Shown: piece after piece, positions 27,196 through 37,675 of the stretch
Position numbering within the stretch: the first letter of the stretch is position 1
How the letters are laid out: each line of letters opens with the position of its first letter
NCBI RefSeq assembly: GCF_000143415.4
Contig: NW_003314295.1
Coordinates: 186,001 to 250,000 of the forward strand
Direction of reading: 5' to 3'
DNA length: 64,000 nucleotides
DNA from: Selaginella moellendorffii
Taxonomy: Eukaryota > Plantae > Lycopodiophyta
Translations under genes and position numbers: made by a program
The notes under the pieces: model-generated
Seen by the model: only the letters and a program-made list of their open reading frames with translations
What the model was told of the DNA's origin: nothing
The model's database searches: none

Positions 27196-30100
27196 GCTAG
27201 AGGCCAACACGATCTTGAATGAGCGAGTATGCGAGACTATTGTCCAGGCTCAAGAACGAACTATCAGCAGAGTGTTAGGTGAAATGGCTTGGAAAGGATC
27301 CCAACATCTTCAGATTCCACTTTGCCGTTTTAAGCAGAGTCACTAGGTGTATTCAGCCTATGACCTCAACATAACTATTTATACCTCTTTCACAGAAGTT
27401 GGATTTGGGCACACTACTGGATCATTTATTGTGTCGTCATCATTCCCCAGAACAAATCACATAGACATGGTTACTCACGAGATCGAGCAGACTTGGGATC
27501 AAATATGGCAAAGGAAATCTTAGGAGTTTGATACTTTGATGGCATGCCACAAAGAGACATAAGCCTTTGTAGGCAAGATGTTCTTCATTATTAATGGAAA
27601 CTAACGTTTTGGAGGTGTATCCAAGAGAAGTTCCAAGACAATGACGAGTGACATCTTTGTGTTCCAGTGACACTTGTGGAGCCACAAGATCGAAACCAAG
27701 CTATGAGGATCAACTTGGCATGTCACAAGATCAACATGTAAGAATCATTTACTAGTAACCTTTGTTTTCACCAACTATGTTACAAGCTTAATTAGTTTGC
27801 TTTCCACGACTATACAAAATCTGAATTTCCTCGAGAGAAAGCATGCCAACATATCGAAGGTGCTCAATATCATAGACCAAGGTATGTGCTTGAGGTTATG
27901 GAAGCAGTTCAAGCAAAGCTTGTAGCACGTAAAGGCCAAGAGTTGCTTACTTGGTATCAGGTGCCTATGGATTTTTTGGTTGTGGTTTGGGCAAAGGTAT
28001 CTTTTTCTTGCATGAACTTGTGTTTTCTACTCACAAGTTTTCCTTTTATCCAATTGTCAAGGCAAAACAAAACTCATATTTGAAGATTACGCAAGTGACA
28101 GATGAGGTGCAAAAGAACCTTGAACTGCAACAAATTGAGCAGCACATTTTGAACTCAAAGAAATCAAAGGTGAAGAAGCTATTTGCGATTGCAAACATTC
28201 GACGTGATAAAGATTGGCTGGATTGCATTGCAGAGATATGCTCTCATGGCAGTAAGTTAGTCCCTTTTATCTTTCTCATTCCACTTTGAAATCCTTGTCC
28301 TTGTAGGAAATGGTAAAGAATTGATATATAACATCGCAAAAAGCAAGCTCTCCTTCAACAAACAAACCTCTTGCCTGGAGCTCCTCAACATTTAGCATCG
28401 TAACAATGATAAGAGGTTGGAGAGCAAATTTGAGAATGTGATGAAAGAAAAGCTCTATATCACTCAGAGTATTGCAGCTGCTAAAGAGCTACTTCAAGTA
28501 TGGAATACGAAATTCCTTACTAGTGCCTACATCGGCATAACACTTCCAAAATATGTCTGAGCTTCCCTTCAAGAGCTTGGGGATGGATGGCTTCCTGATG
28601 GCAGCTCAAGCTCTATGGATTTCAAGAACCAGCTGGGCTAACCATTTTTCTTGTGCCATATGGCATATAGGTATATTGCAAGAAATTGACTTGTTTATTT
28701 AATCATGGCTCTTTTGTAGGTATTTAAATCATTGCCCAAGTGCTCTAGTGTACATAACAAGTTTTTTTCTCAAGCTCTTAATTGGTGGGAAGAAACTTGG
28801 CATGTATGAGCCAGAGTTCCATTGTTCCGTTGCACGGGAGCGAGAACTTTGTCTATGGTACTTGGAGTTGTGGAGGCAAATGCCATCGTCACCTTTTGAG
28901 CTTTATCTTTACCTCGAGTGTCATCCAAGTTTGATGAGTAAAATTTCCTAATAGTAACTTATGTTTCTACATTATTGTAGAGGCACTTTTGGAGGGAGTG
29001 GAGATGCCTCAAGACAAGGATGAGATTCATATTGAGCAGACCGAAGATAAATAAGTGGAGAACCTGGTTGAAAACTCTCCTGCCCCATTTCATCCTACAG
29101 CAACTGCTCATTCCCTAAATCCTATTGCCACTGCTCGTCCAGCCTTGACTGCTCGAAATGTACGAAGGCAGCTCCATAGTGAGGACGTCCAAGAGAGTAA
29201 GAACTTGATTTCCAATGACCTTGCTTATTGTAATTTGGTTGTAGATGTAAGAGAAACCAGCCAGCACTCTATACGTCAACATACAAATGCATTCTTTCCA
29301 TCCCTCCCCACTGCTATAGAGGATGACCTCCAAAAGATATCTTCATCAGCTTCACATAAATAGGTATGAAAAAAAATATGTATTAACTTTAATATTTTCC
29401 GGTTTTGAACACTATTCAGGTTCACCCTCTTTCTCCTAGGGAAGTGTTGGCAATGTGGAAATAGTTATTAGGGACTACTTTCAGCTTTCCAACAATGTGA
29501 GCTGAGAGTCTTCTATGTTCCATCGATGGATGCGAGGATTGGGAATGAACAATACTTTCAGCATCAACCTCGCATTCTTCGACCTCTCTAATGGGTTACC
29601 ACCTTTACAAAGCGACACTCCATCTTGGAACATCCTTCGACTGGACCATATTTCTCAAGTGGTGGATGTGCCATCTAAGGTGTTGTGATACGAGGGCATT
29701 ATGCTAGTCATTCTTCCTCATTCTTTATTTTGGGGAGGTCTTCTTGCAATGATGGCGGAGAATGATGACTCTAGATTGGTTGAGTTTGCATTAGGCTGCC
29801 TACTCTCAAACATCCCAGTCAAGATAAAAGGAGCAGGTGGTCAAATCCAAAAGGTTTGCATTTCCTTATTTTTCATATCTTAAATTGATTGCATCTTTTC
29901 ATTGTAGGTTTTAGCATGGAACTACCATGCTCTCTACCGCTATTTTTGCCATCACAGTATTACATGAGCTAATGAGCGTGTAGGTTTGGCATTGCCAAGA
30001 TATGATAGCTCAACAAGTATCATCCCGAATGTCATCAACGAGAACCATCATATAGAGTTCCCTAGCTATCGACACCGTTCACCAAAGGCCATGCAAATCC

Positions 30101-30452
30101 TCCTAGAGTTGTTTTGTCCTCCTAAGGGGATTATGCTTGATACTACAACAGGTTTTGGTTTGATGATGCTAATGGCTAAAGAGATTGGGCATGTAGTTTT
30201 TGCACTAGAGGAGTGTACATTTGAAGGTGTTCTTGGGACATTTCATAACAGGTGATAATAAAGTATAAATTTCTCATTATAGTACTTCCATCATGGTTAT
30301 GTATATTAGGTGGATCGATAACATGGGCTATAATTTGCCATGTTATGCAGAAGTAATGGCACAAGCTCATATACAACAAGAGCCCACAGTTAGAGAGCAT
30401 AATACTATACGAACTCCTCCTTTTGTGGATGTGGATGCCAAGGAAGACTAAG
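27196..30452 (+). pseudogene. Multi-exon pseudogene: ParB/Sulfiredoxin-like N-terminal domain + C-terminal beta-class amino (N6-A/N4-C) DNA methyltransferase-like domain
   Basis: One frame over 27302-27607 reads QIPLCRF...GFGHTTGSFIVS...GKMFFIINGN*R, resembling the ParB DGxHR motif. 29450-30240 reads NVEIVIRDYF...SINLAFFDLSNG (DPPY position)...SKVL*YEGIMLVI...RSPKAMQILLELFCPPKGIMLDTTTGFG...AKEIGHVVFALE (motifs X, I, II). GT-AG introns at 28671-28719 and 29854-29907. Confidence 0.7.
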
Positions 30453-30664
30453 TTTAGGCTTTTTTTTAGTCGAATTTTTTAGTGATAATATAGAGTTTCT
30501 TCTTTGACTTATGATATTTATTTTCTTATTAGACTTATAGTATTTAGCTTTTTCTTGGAGTGAAAATATGTCTTAAGTTTTGAATAGAATTGTTGGTTCG
30601 TCCTGAACCAATCATTTAAACATCAACTTTTATATTTGGTGGACTATATTGACTTTCATTGACT

Positions 30665-31666
30665 TGAGCTCAGCTCAAAAACTACCCAGCCCCTCAACAC
30701 TTAACTGCAAAACAATAAAAAATGCTGCGAGATAAGGATAGAGAAGATGATGAAGGAGAAGGCATACATTTCTCAGAGTATTGCCGCTAGTGAGGAGATG
30801 TTACAAGTTTGGGACAAGAATTTTCTTTCTAACACCCACACAGGTATCACTTTCGAAGAATATATTTATGCTTGTCTTGCAGAGCTAGGGAATGGTTGGC
30901 TTCCACATGGTGGGACAAGTTCAACTGAGTTCAAGAACCAACCAAGACAACTATTTCTTGCGAGGCACATAGTTTACAAGTATTTTCTCAATTCTCATTT
31001 ATATATTGGTATTTATATTTTTGTTTTACTTTGTAGATATTTAAAATATTGCCCCAGCACACTGGTATACACAGTCGATGTTTTGCAGAAGCTCCTAACT
31101 AGAGGCAAGAAGCTTAGGATGTATGAGCTAGAGTTCTACTGTCCTTGTACACATGAGAGGGAGCTATGCCCGTGGTACCTTGAACTCGTGGAGTAGATGC
31201 CAACATCAAACTTCAAGCTGGATCTCTACCTTGAATATCATCTAGGTTCACTTGAAACTTAGCACTTAGCTAGGAAATATTAACCTTGAATTATATTCTT
31301 ATTTTCCAGAGGCTCTTTCTAACTGTGATAACAACATTGTTGAGGTTCAACAACTAAACCCAAGAGTCCACACTTAGGAAACCATTTAGGAGATGCCAAA
31401 TCCAAATACTGTTGAACTAGAGGAAACTATATAGGAGATTCCAGCACAAGAGATTCCAGTACTTGCTCCTCACAACCCCCGAAGAGGCCATCGTGAAGCC
31501 TTTCATGAGAGTAAGGACTTTGATTTGGAACATTCTTTTATTCATTCTTGACTTCACTTTTTTTTTTTTATAGATGTTGCAAAGAGCAGCTATTAGTCTT
31601 CTCGGCGAAGTAAGACATTCTTCCCATCCCTCCCTACTGCTATAGATGACAACCTGGAAGAGCTCT
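30665..31666 (+). pseudogene. Diverged partial paralogue of the central part of the ParB-MTase gene
   Basis: MKEKAYISQSIAASEEMLQVW...GWLPHGGTSSTEFKNQ...LYLE aligns to 28441-28925, with the same intron position (30980-31036 vs 28671-28719). Truncated by the LTR at 31667. Confidence 0.8.
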
Positions 31667-32783
31667 TGTAGCACATGTGATTATGGGATGAGATTTGGAT
31701 ATATTGTCACCGTGGATCCTTGGAACCTTGGGAGATAAATAGGGATAAAATAGCCACTAAGGGCTCTCTCATCAAGCAATTACCTCTTTTCCAGTTGGTT
31801 TAAGGGGAAAGAGATAGGTTGCGCTACAGTTGGTATCAGAGAAAATGGCACGGGTTCGATTCCCATTAATTAGTGGCTATTTAAAAAATATAATATACCT
31901 TTGAGCAAGGTATATTCCTACTCCTAAATTTAAAATCGTACATATTTATGCGTATGTCCTTCCTCTTGTGTGGAGTATCCATAGATAAAGGTATCTACTG
32001 TGGGACTGCGGTACGGGTGGATGACTAGTTGCTTCACATGGAATAACTAGTCTACACAATGAAAAGATTGGTAGATTCAGTGTGGAAATGGATGTCTTGG
32101 TTCCCCTTGCCTCAGTAGGGGTTGTTAGTCAATAGTCAATGAGAATAACAGTGGATGACTAGTTGCTTCACATGGAATAACTAGTCTACACAATGAAAAG
32201 ATTGGTAGATTTAGTGTGGAAATGGATGTCTTGGTTCCCCTTGCCTCAGTAGGGGTTGTTAGTCAATAGTCAATGAGAATAACAGTGGATGACTAGTTGC
32301 TTCACATGGAATAACTAGTCTACACAATGAAAAGATTGGTAGATTCAGTGTGGAAATGGATGTCTTGGTTCCCCTTGCCTCAGTAAGGGTTGTTAGTCAA
32401 TAGTCAATGAAAATAACAGTACGGGTGGATGATTAGTTGTTTCACATGGAATAGCTGGTCTACACAATGGAAGGATTGGTAAATTCAATGTGGAAATGGA
32501 GGTCTTGGTTCATGGGTTGTTAGTCAATAGTTAATGAGGACATTGACATCTTTGAAGGGGGGGTGAGTGTAGCGCATGTGATCATGGGATGAAATTTGAA
32601 TATATTGTCACCGTGGATCCTTGGAACCTTAGGGGTGTTAGTCAATTGAAGGGGGGGTGAGTGTAACGCATGTGATCATGGGATGAAATTTGGATATATT
32701 GTCACCATAGAACCTTGGAACCTTAAGGGTGTTAGTCAATAGTCAATAAGACCATTGACATCTTTGAAGGGGGGGTGAGTGTA
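31667..32783 (+). mobile_element. Non-autonomous TRIM-like LTR element (family C) with internal tandem repeats and reiterated PPT/LTR-start units
   Basis: 162-bp LTR 31667-31828 (TGTAGC...GCTACA); PBS-Met TGGTATCAGAG at 31831-31841; PPT GAAGGGGGGG before the LTR start at 32568; no coding capacity. Confidence 0.8.
32017..32540 (+). repeat. Tandem array of ~134-bp units (about 3.9 copies)
   Basis: GTGGATGACTAGTTGCTTCACATGG unit starts at 32017, 32151, 32285 and 32425. Confidence 0.95.
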
Positions 32784-34451
32784 TAAATGGATTCATGGAG
32801 GATTGTTCAGTGATCACTTGTTGAGCATAGCTTTGTTATACTAAGCTTTTGAATTAATGTAGATATACTCTTTATTAGTTTTGGCATTATGAAGTTCGGC
32901 TTATGGATGTGTTAAGGAAGATATTGTGGGTTGCACTATGATTTCTTCTTTAGCATTGAAATTAGTTCATGCAAAGTTTATGATCATTATTAGGCAAGAC
33001 TTGGCTATAGGCTTCTTCGAGCTTTTGGTTCCTTGAGTTTTTATGCTCAATGTTCTATTTGTTAGAAGTTGTTGGGGAAAGCATATTGGCTTATTAGCTT
33101 CGATGTTGAAGTTGGCTTTTGCCTCTAGCAATCATTAGTAATAATTGACTATCATCTAGGATAGTTGATTATCCTTATCAAAAAGTTTTGCTTGATTGTT
33201 GTTGATATAGACTGATTTGCTGTTCTTTAGGATGGTAGATTTTTTCTTCGACAATGATTATGCATCTCTTTATTGATGGGATGATTGATGATCTTTCGTG
33301 ATGGTTAGTTGTTCTCCTTGATGGCTTATGGCTTTTCGCAATACCACATATTCTTTGTGGTTTGCTCTGGATTGGTCTCCTGTGTTTGAAACATCAAAAG
33401 TATGTTGCCGATGGTTGCTTGAGCAACTCTAGTTCCATTGTATTGTTGACTGGGATTTATTCAGATTAATTAGTGCAATGGTTGGCATGAATGCTATGTT
33501 TGTTGGTCTTGCAACATTTATTCTGTTCTGTTGATCATTACTTGTGTTAGTTTTGATAGATTAGGATGTTATTTCCTTTGGGTGATACATTCGCGAGCAT
33601 TTTGCTTGCCAGTCGATGATACTTTGTGTTCTTTGAGTTATCTTTTGTAAGTTGTTTGGCATACTATCTACAATCTTCGATAGTTAAGTTTCATCATTGA
33701 GTTTCCTTGATGATATACTTGCTATTGAATTTTGTTGGATGGTGATTCTTATGCCTACCAATTATGATGATCTTGGTGGTTCCTATCTTATAATGCTAGT
33801 TTATCGGATGATAACTTACTTGGAATACTTTTGTGTTCTAATATAAGATTTATTCACTGATAATTAAGTTTCTAAGATATCATTGTCTATGACTTTGATA
33901 TTGTCCATCTATTGACCTTTGAGTTTGGGCCAGTATAGGCAGACTGGCTTTGGCACTTCATGTGCATGGTGAAATCTTTAGTCATGGGGTAGCTACTGTC
34001 GATTGGTCATATAACCTGCCTCTCTGTCGATATTCCTTATTTCGTTAAAAGGGCATGACCGTGTAAACAACTTTAACTACCTGTTTACAATAGTCTATCT
34101 AAACCTTACCGATGGGTTTGGTTTCTTTGTTCATGAGGGTTGGGGCCTCTGGCTTCTCTCTCTATGTCCCTGCGGGCAGGGGCGTATCACACTTTTGTAA
34201 GTTGGGTGATTCCCAGAGCAGCAAGGGTGGCTAACTCTATTGGTCATTTCCTTGTCGGCGATGGCCGGAAGGTGTCTAAGTTGGTAACGCATCCGTGTTA
34301 GATAAAGAGGTTGCCTCCTAACTCATTTAAGTCGATGCATTTCTCATATAGTGTGATCACCGTGAACTTTTTTCTGGAGTTGTTTCCTTGGCGGTGGTCT
34401 AGACTCGAGTATGCATCAACGAAGACCTCGATCTTCCTTAGGGGGGGAGAG

Positions 34452-35592
34452 TGTCACGAATGTGACTTCGGGTATCAAAAGTTACCTGTCGGCTAGTCTT
34501 TTCGGATATTCTTTCCTTACTGCCATAACGGCAAGAGGTCGGTATTGCTAAACCTATTATCAGTCTCCACCTAAGCTAGTTGAGAAACTGGTCTTCACAT
34601 GTGCACTTGACCAGATGAGCATAAGGAAGGAATTCCTAAGTGTCTATTTAGTCAAACATACTTGACCTGGTTAGAGAAACTCATTTGTTGACTTGCACTT
34701 GCTAGTGTTGGGAACCCCTGCGATATTGAGCTTAGTCCCTCAATATCACTAGATGATAGCTTACCGTGTCTGCCAAACACCCTCGCTATCCTTTGTGTTA
34801 GTCTCAATTTGGTCCCAAATGCTAATTATAGAAAGTGTCTAGATTTGCTCATTTGGCATATTTACGGGATGTAGAGATCGGCCTGAACACAATGGTGTTC
34901 GTCCCATATCCAAATTCATAATCTAGCGCCATCTCATATTTAATAAGTTTCAAGCTTGTCCCAGAGACTAACTTCTGATACTAAGGGAAGCTTGGGGTGA
35001 AAGCCCAAAGCGTGTGTTCCTCAAGGGGGGGGGGGGCTATAGGGGGCTCCAAATGTATAGTAGGGATAGTGGGTAGGTCGGGCATGGCTGACCAACCTGA
35101 GGCATAGTCTAGCTCCCACTTGCGTGCCTATCCTTGTTCTACGTCTGGCTTGGGTCTAAGCCCAAGCTCCACACCATGCTAGCTGGTGGAGTACCCATAT
35201 CCTCACGTTAAGCCATCGGTATGCCGAAATAGCACCAGACTCTGTTTAGCTCCGTTTTGCGTGCTAGTCCTGGCATTGGGATGCTAGTTGCTCTAGGACT
35301 GTTCCAAGTTGCTCCGAGCTCCTGTCATTTCGCTCCTTGGGCTGTATACTCGGGAGTTGCTCCGTAGTTCGGTTCTGTCACTCCTTAGCTCCATGCTTGG
35401 GAGTTTGACACCATTCCTTCATTCAGTGGCCCAAGGCCCTGAACCTCGGGTTCCACACCATTGTCCTATGGACATGTGGCATGTAACACATAGCATCTGT
35501 CACGTGGCACAAAGAGGGTTTAAGTTCTACTTCGTGGTGTTATCCTATGGTAAATCACTATAGAATAAAGGGTAAAAACCACGTGCGCTACA
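34452..35592 (+). mobile_element. 3' LTR of family B (~1140 bp), preceded by a PPT
   Basis: Purine tract AGGGGGGGAGAG at 34440-34451, then TGTCACGAA...TGCGCTACA. The upstream 32790-34440 is presumably its decayed internal region, which I could not decode. Confidence 0.8.
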
Positions 35593-35953
35593 GTCACCAT
35601 GGATCCTTGGAACTTTGGGGGATAAATGGGGATAAAATAGCCATTAATGGCTCTTTCATCAAGCAATTGCCCCTTTTCCAGTTCGGTTGTTTCACATGGA
35701 ATAACTAGTCTACACAATGGAAAGATTAGTAAATTCAGTGGAGGTCCTGGTTCCCCTTGCCTCAGTAGGGGTTGTTAGTCAATAGTCAATGAGGACATTG
35801 ACATCTTTGAAGGGGGGGTGAGTGTAGCGCATGTGATCATGGGATGAAATTTGGATATACTGTCACCGTGGATCCTTGGAACTTTGGGGGATAAATGGGG
35901 ATAAAATAGCCATTAAGGGCTCTTTCATCAAGCAATTGCCCCTTTTCCAATTC
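35593..35953 (+). mobile_element. Continuation of the TRIM-like family C array
   Basis: Partial LTR, internal unit, PPT and LTR (starting ~35823) matching 31667-32630. Confidence 0.85.
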
Positions 35954-36327
35954 AGTTTGATTGGCATGTGGTGGTTCCAAATCCAGACATCCACTTATAT
36001 ATAAACACCTTGTTTTCTTTTTCTCTTTTTTCTCTTTTTTTTCTTCTCTTCTCTTGAACTTTGATCTTTCTTGTATAGATATAAGATATTTGGCTTGAGA
36101 GAGAATAGAACTTTACCAAGATTAAGCTCATCATAGCAACTGGTTTTCTAGCACAAGTTCTATAGTGAAATAAGATGCCTTAGCTATTTGGACACCTACC
36201 TAGAAGTCACATAGTTTGGTCTCTTGTTACATAGGTTGTAGTGTTCTTCCATTGCAAATTTTATGAATCTTTCTTTTTTATAATTATTTTTCTTATCAAT
36301 GTATGGTGGGTGATGTAAAGCATGACT
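35952..36327 (+). repeat. Inverted duplicate of 6836-7210, including the FtsH4 truncation junction
   Basis: CAGTTTGATTGGCATGTGGTGGTTCCAAATCCAGACATC ([13 protein letters not shown]) followed by the same flank as at 7170. Confidence 0.88.
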
Positions 36328-37675
36328 TTTCAGATAAATCATGGCTATTACAATCTTTTGATTGATATTTATAGGAAAAGCTTGAATATAAAAGATGTTA
36401 AGAACTAGATATAAAAGGCTTTTTACATTCTGAACTAGGAAATTTTCAACATTCTAATGAATGATTACATAGTTCATTTGGAAAAGTCGAAGAACTCTTC
36501 ATCCAGATGCAAAATCAAAATTACAATCCTATTAACTTATATAACCTTTGTTTACCTAGAGGAACTTGTGATATAGATGATTATTATTTATGGCAATGTA
36601 GTGTTTAAACTTTATAGAGAACTTGACGATATATCTTTACTAATTAGGCAAGAGATCCTTACAAGGAAGAGATCCTTTTTACACTAAAGATTGTTGAAAG
36701 CATATGTGATTAGCATCAAGTATAGTCCCACATTGGTCGAGAGCAAAAATACATAGAATTTGAAGTTTGATCTATATTTGAGTATGTTGACAACCATGTG
36801 TAGCTGCCATACAAATGCCTCCATGCAACATTTACATAACTCCAATTGCATGGAGGCTTATGTTCTTTGTAAATGCTTCTATTTTGTATAGATAGGTGAA
36901 TCCTTTTGTTCTATGTTTAAACAAATCTAAAGTTTCAAAAACTTCATAGGATCTACTGTTGCATCTTTAATGTCATGCATCCTCTTTTTCTACTTGGGCA
37001 TAGCTCAACATCTACCTTAGCTTCCACCCTAGACATGTAATGATCTTTGCCAATATTATTCATGAAAGCAATGGAGTGCAACTCATGGATTACCTATTTA
37101 TTTTAAAAATGGAATTGCTGGCTTCTCTGATTGCCACTTGAGATTGGTAAATAGAAAGAAAAAGCCTTGACACAAGAGAGCTAATGTCATTAGTCTATTT
37201 ACTAGGAGAAAATCTCTGTAATGCAATGCTAAAGTTAAATGATAAAAATTTTGAAAACAAATATTACTTCAAAATATTTTATGTGAAGTTAAACTAATTG
37301 AATTCAAGTACATAATAATCTTATAAGAAGCTAATATAATTATCCAGACTTTTATGAATAAGCACATCTTTAATCTTTAAAATATACATGGGAATTTGTT
37401 AAGATGTATATTTAATCTTTGTATATATTGATTTATTTATACTAAAAAGTGATATAAATATCTCTGAGTGTGAGCGCCTGGAATATGGAAAGGGAATACA
37501 GAAATGTGCATATCAATTAGCCCAAAAACCCTAGCTTATATACAGGAGCAAGTGGTCCAGATTGAAACCAATCCGACGGCTACCAAAATCCTACTACGCT
37601 AATATTAGTATACGGCATCGTAACCGTACACTTGGCCCTCACATCATCCCCTCCTCTCGGGATAATGGAAGACCA

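Noticed and set aside
31667-31828. Retrozyme (hammerhead-containing LTR)
   Set aside because: I found no CTGANGA...GAAA core with proper stems on either strand.
32017-32540. CRISPR-like array
   Set aside because: The units are identical 134-bp repeats with no unique spacers, there are no cas genes, and the context is eukaryotic.
32790-34440. Copia or Gypsy coding relic upstream of LTR-B
   Set aside because: Too degenerate to recover any reliable motif by eye.
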